Numbered from the stretch's first letter, positions 13,462-26,788 are shown. The stretch is DNA of 64,000 nt from Octopus vulgaris (GCA_951406725.2 OX597827.1:19282001-19346000); one strand, 5' to 3'. The notes: generated by a model from the sequence alone, not told the origin. Numbers and translations: made by a program.

Positions 13462-13502
13462 TATTCTTGACAAGTCATACATTGACGAAAACCGGTTGAA
13501 TA
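13462..13502 (+). ncRNA. Minimal type I hammerhead-like motif (U3-A8 variant) in the PLE 3' repeat
   Basis: TATTC-TTGACAA-GTCA(TACAT)TGAC-GAAA-ACCGGT-T-GAATA: helix I, variant core, helix II, GAAA and a palindromic helix III region. Confidence 0.6.
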
Positions 13503-13643
13503 AATATATATATTTATATATTTTATCATTTTCTCATTTTATTAAAATTTTCTTTCATTTGAGCATTCTGCATTTTTAAAAAAATTTTTCCTTACTTATC
13601 ATTTCTCCACGTGCGGTCAACACAACCCCACCATTTATTGATC

Positions 13644-13680
<37 letters not shown>

Positions 13681-15500
13681 TTGTGTGTCTGTATTTGTCC
13701 ACCCCTCACGCCCCAACATCGCTTGACAACCGATGCTGGTGTGTTTACGTCCCCGTAACTTAGCGGTTCCGGGTTCAGTCCCACTGCGTGGTACCTTGGG
13801 TAAGTGTCTTCTACTATAGCCTCGGGCCCACCAAAGCCTTGTGAGTGGATTTGGTAGACGGAAACTGAAAGAAGCCCGTCGTATATATGTATATATATAT
13901 GTGTGTGTGTGTGTATGGGTATATGTTTGTGCGTCTGTGTTTGTCCCCCCAACATCCCTTGACAACCAATGCTGGTGTGTTTACGTCCCTGTAACTTAGC
14001 AGTTCGGCAAAAGAGACCGATAAAATAAGTAACTAGGCTTACAAAGAATAAGTTCTGGGGGTCGATTTGCTCGACTAAAGGCGGTGCTCCAGCATGGCCA
14101 CAGTCAAATGACTGAAACAAGTAAAAGAGTAAGAGAGAGAGTATCAAACAAAACGCGCAGTGGTATTTCTTCTGGCTTCACTTTTTGAGTTCAAATTCCG
14201 CCAAGGTGAACTTTACCTTTCGTGTAGATGAGATGAACGTAAGTTGAACACTGCCGTCAATGTAATCCTAAAAAACACCACATTTCCAAATATTTCAAAC
14301 CGTGTGCCTCTAGTAGAAAGTATTATTGTTGTGGTGATTGAGGTTGTTTTTGTTGTTGCTGTACTGTTTTCACACTTCCGGGATCAACACAATGGAGTTT
14401 TATTTTGTTGTGGTCTTCCCTTCCACCACTCAAAAAAATTGTTGCTTTCTGCAAAACGATAGAAACCATTATTTATTCATTCAATAATTGTGAACAAGAT
14501 ATAAAACGTAAATTATAAAATATAAAATATTAAGCACAAATAACATAACACAGAATATAAGCAATTAAAAATTAAATGTAAAGTGTAAAATGTATTTTAT
14601 TTTAATGTGTTAACACATTAACCATTATTCATAAATTCATAAATTTTTACTATTTTCTTTTAAACATCTCTTTAGAAATAATTAGTAACACAAAACGATA
14701 AGACTTATTTGTTGTCTCCGTTCTCAGTAATAATGCCACAGCTTGTAAGAAATTTGTTTGCTAATTGCTGAACGACGCGTTAAATTTTATTCCTTTTCAA
14801 TATTAATGGGTGTTATTTATTTATTTATTCGGTCATTCATTTTCATTACAATCTTTGGAGGGGAGGTTCTTTAATTTATTCCTTCACTTTCATCAGTTTT
14901 CATCATTTTATCTCTTCCAAACGGAAGAAATAACTAAGAACATTGGTAGATAATAAACAGAAAAAGAATATGCGAGTGAAAAAATATGCATAAAATGAAG
15001 AGAAACCACAAGACTTCAGCATTAACAGAGAAGAATGCGTCAAATTAACGCGTCTTTCGTAAGCACAAGTTATTGAGGTGGCAGGAAACGGTAGAGAGGC
15101 GGAGTAAATGGGGGCTTCGTAGGTTGGACTGTGTGTTAAGAAGTTCACTTTGCAACCATGCTGTTTCGAGTTCAGTTCAAATGCCCGACATTATAGGCAA
15201 GTGTCTTCTACTATAGCTCCAGGTCGATCAATGTCTTGTGCAAGAACTTGGTAGAAACTGTGTGTAAACTTGTCGTGTATGTGTTTTATATATATATAAG
15301 TCAGGACGCCATGATAGATCGTTAGATCCTACACGCATTTTTTTCTCTCCTTGTTTTATTTCTGTGTATATTTCTGTCTAAGAGCGTAGGCTCGAAACGT
15401 AAAAGACTTGTTTTATTTCTATTCCTGAACGCCATACTAATAATTTTTTTGTTTGTACTCCACTTGCCTTCGTCTTTTGTTTATTTTCGTAAACTTTCCC

Positions 15501-15547
<47 letters not shown>

Positions 15548-16068
15548 CCGTGATCACGTGACCGACCAGGCTATCAGATGATGCTACACATCGCTGGTCA
15601 CAATGCGCTTCGCATTGTTTTAGCCTTCAAATGACGCCACCCAGCTGGCTAAGCGAGCAGGCCAACAGAAGAAAGAGTGAGAGAAAGTAGCGGCGAAAGA
15701 GTACAGCAGGGATCGCCACCATCCCCTGCCGGAGCCTCGTGGAGCTTTAGGTGTTTTCGCTCAATAAACACTCAGAACGCCCGGTCTGGGAATCGAAACT
15801 GCGATCCTACGACCGCTGCCCTAACCACTGGGCCATTGCGCCTCCACATATATATGGCCCAGTGGTTAGGGCAGCGGACTCGCGGTCGTAGGATCGCCGT
15901 TTCGATTCCCAGGACCGGGCGTTTTGAGTGTTTATTGAGCGAAAATACCTAAAGCTCCACGAGGCTCGGCAGGGGATGGTGGAGATCCCTGCTGTATTGT
16001 GAAGCGCATTGTGACTAGCGATGTGTGTGTAACAACATCTGATAGCCTGGTCGGCCACGGTGATCACG

Positions 16069-16105
<37 letters not shown>

Positions 16106-16432
16106 TGACCCCCTTCGGTCAGACACTGACCATGGGTTTGCACCTAGAGAGTACCCTCTGAGGCACAAGTCTGGGCAAGGTTATTTTATGGAAGACAAGC
16201 AGTCGCCTATGCATACCGGTCTCCCCTCTCCACGTCACCGATGTTGTCCAAGGGAAAGGCAAGGGCCGATACAGCTTGGCACCTGTGACGTCGCAACTCA
16301 TTTCTACAGCTGAGTGAACTGGAGCAACGTGAAATAAAGTGTCTTGCTCAAGAACACAACACGCAGCCCGGTCCGGGATTCGAGCTCACAACCTCCCGAT
16401 CGTAAGCTCGACGCTCTAACCACTGAGCCACG

Positions 16433-16978
<546 letters not shown>

Positions 16979-17382
16979 TATACAATGAACTTGTATTGTC
17001 GATTGTAAAAGGAAAGCTCTGGCTGTTGTATTAGCTCTTTTAGTCCGGCATAATGTTCTTTAGTTACGCTACATTCACAGTAGGCTGGAATAAGATATTT
17101 TCATCAATGTCTAGGTATTTGTAGCATTTATTGAGTGGAACAAGGAAGATAGAGTGACTGTTGATACGAAGATTTGGGGATTCAGGAGTAGATTTTCCAT
17201 ATTCAGCTTATTTATAACATGGACATTTCTCATCCTTATGTCAGCAGAAAATGGTGTGATTAAGTTGAGCTATTTTTCAGCATTGCAAAAACTTTAAGCA
17301 TAGCACTTTATATATGGTCCACAAAGAAGCTATAGGTTACATTAGTGGTTCTTGCTATCGGAGACGAGGACGTAAACAGGTG

Positions 17383-17800
17383 TAGGAGTGGCTGTGTGGT
17401 AAGCAGCTTGCTTACTAACCACATGGTTCCGGGTTCAGTCCCACTGCGTAGCACCTTGGGCAAGTGTCTTCTACTATAGCCTCGGGCCGACCAAAGCCTT
17501 CTGAGTGAATTTGGTAGACGGAAACTGAAAGAAGCCCGTCGTATATATGTATATATATGTATGCATGTGTATGTGTATATGTTTGTGTGTCTGTGTTTGT
17601 CCCCCCACCCCACCCAACATCGCTTGACAACCGATGCTGGTGTGTTTACGTCCCCGTAACTTAGCGGTTCAGCAAAAGAGACCGATAGAATAAGTAACTA
17701 GGCTTACAAAGAATATGTCCCGGGGCCGATTTGCTCGACTAAAAGGTGGTGTTCCAGCATGGTCGTAGTCAAATGACTGAAACAAGTAAAAGAATAAAAG
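17383..17800 (+). mobile_element. tRNA-derived SINE family A (representative full copy)
   Basis: Head GGAGTGGCTGTGTGGTAAG...GGTTCAGTCCC with A/B boxes, internal (TA)/(TG) microsatellite, tail TGACTGAAACAAGTAAAAGA. Other copies at about 28-378(-), 8875-9245(-), 9530-9690 continuing at 13670-14135(+), 27600-27990(-), 29790-30012(-), 30665-31090(-), 31344-31740(+), 37597-38012(+), 39099-39505(+) and 63845-64000(-). Confidence 0.88.
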
Positions 17801-18429
17801 AATTAATTTAGGAATTCCAGCTGAGAAATTGTTTTCGAGATGAAAAATTCTTTATCATTATTCGCACTGTTTCGTTATTTTCCTCAATATTGGCCACAGT
17901 CAAATGACTGAAACATGTAAAAAAGTAAAAGCGTAAAGTGAATTTTCAAAAGCGAAATGACAGCGGATTTAGAACCAAATTAAACCGAAGTACAAACAGA
18001 CAATCGCCTTGGAATATTTTTTTTGAAATAGTTATAACCCTAACCCTAGTCGTTTTTCTGCCACGAGAGTGGAGATTGTAGACCAAGTATTTGTAGCCTT
18101 TCAATGGCAGTATCTAAGGCAATGGGTACTTTTGCCAACTGTAGTGACTTCAGCAGCCACGAATAAGGAATGAAATTGAATTCCTTTTTTTCTTTCTTTC
18201 TTCAGTTTTTGGTCCAGTTAATAAGTAAAATGTATTTCTTTTATTTGTAAAAGAAGAAAAAAAAATGATTTTAATGAGTCTGGGTCTTTGTTAGGTCGGC
18301 CATAGTCGCAGAAGAAAATTTTCAAAAGCACGTTTTAGACGACCCTCTACGCCGGCACATTTGTTGCTGAGAGCGGCATTATGTATGTATGTATGTATGT
18401 ATGTATGTATGTATGTATGTATGTATGTA

Positions 18430-18526
<97 letters not shown>

Positions 18527-18539
18527 ATGTAGTTGCATA

Positions 18540-19260
18540 TCTAGACTTGCTCATATATATTTAAAGGATAAACTTCTGGAAAGTTTTACATATTTTTACA
18601 GTTCCAGTAATGGATTGGATCTGTAGTCTTCGAATAAGCTTTGTCCTTTCTGGTTTTGAGAAGCTTAATTTCTCAAGATGGGTATTTAGGTAATGTGTTA
18701 CACATCACAGTGTCCCAATAATTACCGGTATAAACCTGAACTTGTAAACTGGATAGAGTAACTGCATATTTCTCAATAGTTCAGCATAGGTGTTCTCTTT
18801 TTCACTGATCTTCAGCTTTATGTTGACATCCGCTGGGCAGCTAATTTCTACAACTCTACACAGTTTCTCTTCTCGATCCCAAATCATTATATCAGGTCTT
18901 ATATTTTATTGAGGTCTTCACTGGTACATTTCACCAGTATTCCCTATGTATGTATGTATGTATGTATGTATGTATGTATGTATGTATGTATGTATGTATG
19001 TATGTATGTATGTATGTATCAGTACTAATACTGCAAATTTATTGTGGGATATTGTTTTGTTGTAATAGGAGATTTTGGACTGCCATATTTTTCTTAGTTT
19101 GGTGTAATATTCGGAGGTCACTTTATCTTTATTCACAGTACATGGGTATGATATATTTTCATCACTGCAACGGTACTTGTAGAATTCTTTGTGTGGAACA
19201 GTAGAGATAGTGAGACCATTGATGGACAGGCTTTGTGTCTGGGAAACTGATTTTCACCGT
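18540..19260 (-). mobile_element. Relic of a non-LTR retrotransposon with restriction-like endonuclease (R4/Dong-like)
   Basis: PDIMIWDREEKLCRVVEISCPADVNIKLKISEKENTY...IPVIIGTL is a PD..E.K-type RLE motif. Related RT-like pieces (SFFVDH, YKYLDIDEN) at about 17030-17360. Confidence 0.7.
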
Positions 19261-19280
19261 TCAGCAATTAAATAAGAACA

Positions 19281-19526
19281 TGGATGGATGGATGGATGGA
19301 TGGATGGATGGATGGATGGATGGACGGACGGACGGACGGACGGACGGATGGATGGATGGATGGAGGGATGGATGGATGGATGGATGGATGGACGGACGGA
19401 CAGATGGATGGACGGATGGATGGATGGACGGATGGATGGACGGATGGATGAATGGATGGATGGATGGATGGATGGAGGATGGATGGATGAATGGATGGAT
19501 GGATGGATGGATGGATGGATGGACGG

Positions 19527-19562
<36 letters not shown>

Positions 19563-19576
19563 ACGGATGGATGGAT

Positions 19577-19614
<38 letters not shown>

Positions 19615-19720
19615 ATGGATGGATGGATTGATGGACGGACGGATGGATGGATGGACGGACGGATGGGTGAATGGATGGATGGATGGACGGACGGACGGAC
19701 AGACGGATGGATGGATGGAT
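19281..19720. repeat. (GGAT/GGAC)n tetranucleotide microsatellite
   Basis: Read directly from the sequence. Confidence 0.95.
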
Positions 19721-20747
19721 ACACACACTTGTTTGTATGTATGGAGGGTTAGATGAATGGATGCACGCATGCATATATCTGCTTTGGCCAATGAATTTGC
19801 ATATTAACAGATAGCGTTCTGAGCCACATTCCTACTTCAAAAGAAAACTATTTTTATAATAATGGCCTGAATAGACATGATTCGCAACACATCTCCATAT
19901 ACTATACACTTCTGAAAATCTAATGAGAAACCGATAAAGTATATTCCTATAGTTTAAAATATAATAAAATTCTACATAGTTAATACTATAGTAATTTCAA
20001 ATTCATTTCTTCTATTCCTCCACTTATTTGGATTAATAATCACGTGATCAAGTGACCGACCAGACCATCAGATGTAGTTACACATCGCTGGTCACAATGC
20101 GTTCGCATTGTTTTTTAGCCTTCGAATGACGCCACCCCGCTGGCTAAGCGAGCAGGCCAACAGAAGAGTGGGAGAAAGAGTGGCGAAAGAGTACAGCAGG
20201 GATCACCACCCCCTTCTGGAGCCTCGTGGTGCTTTTAGGTGTTTTCGCTCAATAAACACTCGGTCTGGGAATCAAAACCGCGATCCTACGACCGCGAGTC
20301 CGCTGCCCTAACCACTGGGCCATTGCGCGGGTGTGGGTTCGGCTGAGTGTGGGGGTAGAGTTGGGGTTTGTGGGTAGGCAGAGGGTGGGAATAGAGGTGG
20401 GGTATGTGGGAGAGGGTGTGTGGGATAGGATGGGGGATGGGAAAGTGGAGTAGGAATGTGTAGGGGTGGGTGGGCTTATGGGGGAGGAGAAGGTTGGTAT
20501 GTGAGGAGAGAGAGGAGGAGAGAAGAAAGAAAGAGAGGGTGGGAGACACACATACACAGACACACACACACATACACACACATAAGTACGCAGTCCAATA
20601 TAAATATTGATCTAATATAAGGATAGTTCCATGTGTAGAGTATGTATAAAGAACACGTGTGGGCGTTCAAACTCCACAGCAGCTGTTTCGTGCTTTCTCA
20701 AAATTTCACTTACTCCACCATGACTGTTGGTAAACTAGTGACTTCTA

Positions 20748-21189
20748 GGATCTTTTCGGTTTGAACGGCAGTTTTTCTAGCGGTGTCATATGAAATTGTC
20801 ACCCGTAATTATGACCCAAGTATCGATCTATGGCATTTCAATCTATTTTAGGGTTAGGGTTAGTTAGGGTTAGGGTTGGGGTTAGGGGTGGGGGAAGGGT
20901 ATCTTTTTTTCTTCACAAATGTAAATAAACCCAATCTGTTTCTTAAATGAGGGACATATTCATACGGCACAGAATGTGTTTTTTTTACCTCAATAGACGT
21001 CACTGATTGGTTGAAATTGCAGAAATTGAAGAAAAAAACCCAACAAATATCTTAGAAACTATAGAATTTTCTCAATAAAGCCAAGAGAAAAAAATGTTTT
21101 ATAAACACATTCTACCAGTATACGAAGTTTAAAATTTTTTAGTTACCTAGAAATTATGTTAAAAACTGCCGTTCAAACCGAAAAGATCC
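20748..21189. mobile_element. GG-terminated MITE (Merlin-like) with 8-bp TSD
   Basis: TIR GGATCTTTTCGGTTTGAACGGCAGTTTTT; TSD GACTTCTA on both sides; internal TTAGGG repeats. Confidence 0.85.
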
Positions 21190-22258
21190 GACTTCTATTG
21201 CTGCCTTACCTGTTTATGTTTAAAATTTACCTGATGATGGTGAGGTTTTGCCATGATGTAATCTAAGAATGCATCAATAAAATCTTGCTCAAACACCTTG
21301 TTTTAAATTTGAACCCCATTTGTGTTCTTTATTGCATGACGGCTGCAAACTCGTGTTCGAATCTTGCCTTCGCCTGATCGAAAATCCCACGCATGCGAAG
21401 GCTACGACCAGCCAGTATTGTTATAGGTCTTACTTTTTTTCCTTTTTCAAGCGATGCCAGTGCATGAGGAGTTTTTATAGTGGGGAAAAGATTTGTACAA
21501 ATCTAATTTCACTCTCTGAACATGGACAACATAAACTCGAAAAGAAGATCTAGTCTACACTTCCGAATATTGTCAGTATCGCAGGTTTTCTTTCCGATTT
21601 TCCCTCTCTTAGAGAGATATTGTTTGTTCCTTCTCAAGCCATGCCTGGCTCATAAGGGCCGGTTTCCCGGTTTCCGTGGCGTATAGGTTCATCACCTGGA
21701 CGGGACGCCGGTCCGTCGCAGGTGAGCTGCAAGAGGCAGGAGGAAAGAGTGAGAGAAAGTTGTGGCGGAAGAATCAGCAGAAGTTTCACCATTACCTTCT
21801 GTCGGAGCAGGTGTTTCGCTCATAAACACACACATCGCCCGGTCTGAGATTCGAAACCGCGATCCCCCGACCGCGAATCCGTTGCTCTAACCATTAGGCT
21901 ATGTGCCTCCACAAAAAGATATTGTGGCAACAACAGAGTGGCCTCCCACACCTAGTAGGCCAATCGCCCGCCTGGGCACCAATCCAGGTATTTCCACGCC
22001 CCCGCGCATACATACATATATACATATAGATGTACACATATTGTTGGATGGCCGTTGACCGCTCGAGCTCTTCCGCCCTTTGACAGGTCTTACTTTTCGT
22101 CCTGCAGGATGTCCAACAACCACCCTCTTCACCAAGCAAGCTTCATGTGGTTGCCAGTTTAGCCGCCGACGACCTTACTATGCATCAGTTCGTAATGGGT
22201 TAAATGTTACCAGTAGCGCCCAACAGCGACCTGACATATTACATACATGTACGTATAA

Positions 22259-22328
<70 letters not shown>

Positions 22329-22811
22329 GTGTAGATGTGGCTGTGTGATAAGAAGCTTATTTCCCATCTACATGGTACCGGTTTCAGTCCTACTGCGTGG
22401 CACTTTGGATGTCTTCAACTGTAGCCCCGGGCCCACCAGAGCCTTGTAAGTTGATTTCGTAGATGGAAACTGAAAGAATTCTGTCGTATATATATTTATG
22501 TGTGTGTGTGTGTGTGCGTAGGTGTGTATGTGTATATGTAGTCAAATTGAGGATGTAATATCTTCCTTAGAGACTATAAAATCCAGAGATCCACTGGTAT
22601 AATCGCAGATATATTGGGAGAATTTTCTCAAAATATATGGATAAGCAGTGCAGTATAATTTACATTTTATATTAACTCTTAATATGGTTCGTATCCTGCA
22701 GATCCGAAGTCCTGTTTACCTAGCGACTAGATTGAAATACGTGTAAGCCTTCTAATGCTTGTTTTATTATAATAATTATATGTTCCTTTAAATTTCATTT
22801 GTATTCACTTA

Positions 22812-24205
22812 TCTATATATATAAAACTGAGAATGTCTGTCTGTGTGAATCCCTAAAACTTGAGAACTACACAACCAACTTCATTCAAATTTTACACATG
22901 CGTTACTTAGGGTCCATGTAGTGTCATGGGCAAAAGCATTTTTAACTTTCTGCCTAGGGCGAGCCCACAGCAATATCATATCTTCCCTACTATTTCAGTA
23001 TTACGTGTTAAAAGTGAAACAAAAACATCGCTATTGTAATGTCAGATGCTTTCAGTTTAACCATAGATATTAGTGACAAATGAAGTAATATTTATAAAAT
23101 TTCATCATCTTACAAGTTAGAAGGACCCCTCCATGGGGACTTAACACCCACAATTTTGTCATTTTATCTAAGCAAAAACGAATACAGCTATGCTCTTGGA
23201 AGCTGTAGGGTTACCCGAGCATAAAAGATGAGTATTATTTGTAATTCAATGGTACAACAGCGTAACAGTTTGCTTTGACATACACCTACATTGTGATTTC
23301 TGCTGTGTGGTGCATAAATTGACGAGTAAATGAGGTATCTTTGCCTCCACTAATTCGGTTGCAAAGAGTTGAGTAAAGTTATTTGGTTGCAGACCTCCTT
23401 TCAGTCTTTTTATTATCACTGGGTCACACATAGTCCCCAGATGGTAACATTAATTTCAAGGCCTTCCCAGGTGAGTGACTGGTTATTCGAAGACATTTAT
23501 AGATTGTAAATTTATTCTGTCCAGTTACATATCAGTACAGTGGTCATTTGCAAACTCCAGAGGTGACACTTTCATTTCTCCTTAGCCCTCACATCACACA
23601 GTTGTTAATGTTTATTTCAGTTGGGTCACGCTCTTCCAATTGCTATACATTCGTAATGCATCTTACGGCTGTGCCTGTCACCTGGATGGTGAGGAATCCT
23701 ACATTGGGAGTGGTAACGACTTGGGTACTGTAGCTGACTGCTTATTGTGATCATTCGTCTTTTCGTTTCCTGTAGCTTTGCTCTTTTTTACAAACCCAGT
23801 GAACATACATATATTTCCTATTTCAAAGAAATTCAAACAATAGATATAAGACCCAAGTTATAAAGATTCTCAACAATTCTCTGGTTGACATTAAGATGCC
23901 CACCCCCAACAGGGGCCTTAACTCCCACATTTTAGAGCTCCATGACCTTCATTTTTCAGGAGCAAAATCCTTTTAACAGGTTCTATAAGACAGGAATTTT
24001 GGAATCTATGCATAAAAATCAGTAGTATGGGATACATGTGTCATGATTACAATTCTTTTAGGGTGTGTAAAGAGGGAAATAACCCTCATCTGCAATTTTG
24101 ATGAAATTCGAAACATAGATATTCCAGTTCATTACAGAAAATATAACAGAAAAGTCTAATTCTTCAATTGAATGTAAACCGGGCAACGCTGGGTATCTCT
24201 GCTAG
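22812..24205 (+). mobile_element. Non-autonomous Helitron-like element
   Basis: Starts A|TCTATATATATAAAA...GTCTGTCTGTG and ends with GC-rich subterminal motif CCGGGCAACGCTGGG then CTAG|T; no TSD. Confidence 0.7.
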
Positions 24206-24283
24206 TTTGATATATTTTATTGTGCTTAACATGATACCACTAAAATAAGCATTCATAATTAACTCTCCGTTTTCTTATATATT

Positions 24284-24346
<63 letters not shown>

Positions 24347-24350
<4 letters not shown>

Positions 24351-24623
24351 AGGCGCAATGGCCTAGTGGTTAGGGCAGCGGACTCGCGGTTTCGATTCCC
24401 AGTTGTGAGTGTTTATTGAGCGAAAACACCTAAAAAGCTCCACGAGGCTCCGGCAGGGGGTGGTGATCCCTGCTGTACTCTTTCACCACTCTTTCTCCCA
24501 CTCTTTCTTCTGTTGGCCTGCTCGCTTAGCCAGCGGGGTGGCGTCATTCGAAGGCTAAATGAATGCGAACGCATTGTTACCAGCGATGTGTAACTACATC
24601 TGATGGACTGGTCAGTCACGTGA

Positions 24624-24625
<2 letters not shown>
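24347..24625 (+). mobile_element. tRNA-derived SINE family C (tRNA-Arg-like head)
   Basis: GGAGGCGCAATGGCCTAGTGGTTAGGGCAGCGGACTCGCGG...TTCGATTCCC. Copies at about 15545-15848(-), 15855-16072(+), 20040-20328(-) and 57191-57494(-); variants with a different tail at 21632-21912(-) and 55165-55466(-). Confidence 0.82.
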
Positions 24626-24683
<58 letters not shown>

Positions 24684-24871
24684 TAGAAAAAAAAACATCT
24701 TTTATCAATTCAATAATGAAAAATTAAATTATGCCATTTAGAAAAATTACATATTATAGAAAGATTGAATATAAGATAAAACATACAACGATGATTAAGT
24801 AATGTGCAAAATAATAAATAAAACGTATACATCTAGTATAAGTTTGGAATAATATTCCCTCATATTATTAT

Positions 24872-24943
<72 letters not shown>

Positions 24944-25177
24944 ATGTATGTATGTATGTATGTATGTAAAAAGAAATTAAGCCCTGGGGTCGATACATTC
25001 AGCTGAAACCCTTCGAGGCGGTGCCCCAGCATGGCCATAATCAAATGACTGAAACAAGATATATACGCACGGGCACACAGAAAGAGAGAGAGAATGCTTG
25101 GCTGACATTAACCTACCAAGGGAGGTTACTCTCATCGAATAAAAAAAAAATGTGTGAAGTTTAAAAGGAAAAGCAAA

Positions 25178-25632
25178 ATGGCGACCCTGCCTGGTCGACT
25201 TTTCCATGCGGTCAAAGGAGACATAAGGAGCTTACAGTTCAAACAGGTGCGGTTACCTGACTGTTCCTTGTTTCGCTACAGTACTGAAGTAACGACATCT
25301 GAACCTCGTTTATTAGATGAAGAAATAGATACTGATGAACTGAATCGAATTCGTGATGTCTCAAACCTTTCTCCCGTTCTCAAAGCAAAACTATACAATG
25401 AATTTCCTCCGAATTTTGGTGAAAGGGAATCTGACAATAAGAAGCATTATCGCAGGCGAATATTTGCTAACTTTGGAAGCAGCTCCAACCTCGATCCGGC
25501 CTCTATGTGGCCTTCAAAAGCAGAAATGCGAGAACTAATTGAAGAACAAGCGAAATATGAAGTACCTGTTCATGTCATGTTGGATAAATTGAGAGTGGAA
25601 AAAGAGGCACAAGAAGAAAAAGTGAAATTAAG
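25178..25632 (+). CDS. GADD45GIP1: GADD45GIP1/CRIF1 (mitochondrial ribosomal protein mL64) homolog, coding exon 1
   Basis: ATG in AAAATGG context at 25178. Translation MATLPGRLFH...YRRRIFANFGSSSNLDPASMWPSKAEMRELIEEQ resembles the CRIF1 motif (FARYG..SGV.P..LWPS.EQL.EL). Donor AG|GTAATT at 25632/25633, phase 2. Confidence 0.9.
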
Positions 25633-25824
25633 GTAATTAATTAAACAAAGGTTATTCCGTACTTTTTTTTCTGTAGAAATTGAAAACGTTATATAGTTTT
25701 TCATGTTATTTTAGTTCTATGTCAGCCCTTAACGAACGAATTTGATGATATTCAAAGTCCTTCCGGCTATAACCACCGTGTCTTATAGTTTCTTTGTTTT
25801 AGACATTCACGCAAAGTGCACACA

Positions 25825-25888
<64 letters not shown>

Positions 25889-25963
25889 TTGTGCATTTGA
25901 GTTTACAAACACGATTTTTTTATGCTCTGTATAGAACCAGACTATAATAATATACTGCTGTAA

Positions 25964-26788
25964 GGTACTACTAGCGAACAGTGGTCCCGGTGCGCGCACT
26001 CGCGCATCTGCGCTAGCTAGTCGTAAGTAGTCGATCCTACAACGACTTTTTAAACCTAACCCTAACCTTAGTTTGTTTATAAAAATAATTTATTTACTTA
26101 GTTTAAAAAATTGTAGGATCTAGATCGACTACTTACGACTAACTAGCGCGAGTGCGCGCACCGGGACCACTGTAATTAGTTTCTGTTATTTCTCAATTTC
26201 GCAAGTATCAACATTGACATAATATATACAATCACGAGCGTTTGTTTGTGTATATATATATATTTACTGGAATGATTCATTCACCTTTTGACCATGCAAT
26301 AACACAAGCAATTCCAAAGGATGCTGCAGTTATAGAATTCGCGCTTGCTAGTCGTGACTAGTCGATCCTACAACGACTACCTTAGCAAAGTAAATAAAAC
26401 ACAAAATGAATAATTTTTTTACACAAAGTAAATAATTTATTAAACAAAGTAAATAACACAAAAACACAAAGTAAGGATCGACTAGTCACGACTAGCTAGC
26501 GCGAGTGCACGCATCGGGACCGCTGTTCTCGAGTAGTACCGTATATATTATGTGGGTATTTATTAAACAAAGTAAATAACACAAAAACACAAAGTAAAGA
26601 TCGACTAGTCACGACTAGCTAACGCGAGTGCGCGCACCGGGACCGCTGTTCTCGAGTAGTACCGTATATATTATGTGGGTATTTATTAAACAAAGTAAAT
26701 AACGCACAAAAACACAAAGTAAAGATCGACTAGTCACGACTAGCTAGCGCGAGTGCACGCACCTGGACCGCTGTTCTCAAGTAGTACC
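25964..26788. mobile_element. CpG-rich foldback/MITE cluster with tandem triplication of one terminus
   Basis: Inverted arms GGTACTACT..CAG(T/C)GGTCCCGGTGCGCGCACTCGCG..CTAGTCGT. A ~120-bp end unit occurs three times at about 26440-26788. Confidence 0.75.

Larger units (their letters stand above)
9736..13643 (-). mobile_element. Penelope-like retroelement (probably Neptune-type), 5'-truncated, with inverted duplication of its 3' end
   Basis: Contains an RT + GIY-YIG ORF. 9736-10971 is the near-perfect reverse complement of 12368-13599. Both ends abut (TA)n. Confidence 0.92.

Noticed and set aside
21228-21260. CTGATGA followed by a TGGTGAG/TTTGCCA stem
   Set aside because: Lacks the GAAA and UH elements needed for a hammerhead.
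24347-24402. tRNA-like sequences at SINE heads
   Set aside because: No complete cloverleaf, and each continues into a SINE body, so they are not tRNA genes.
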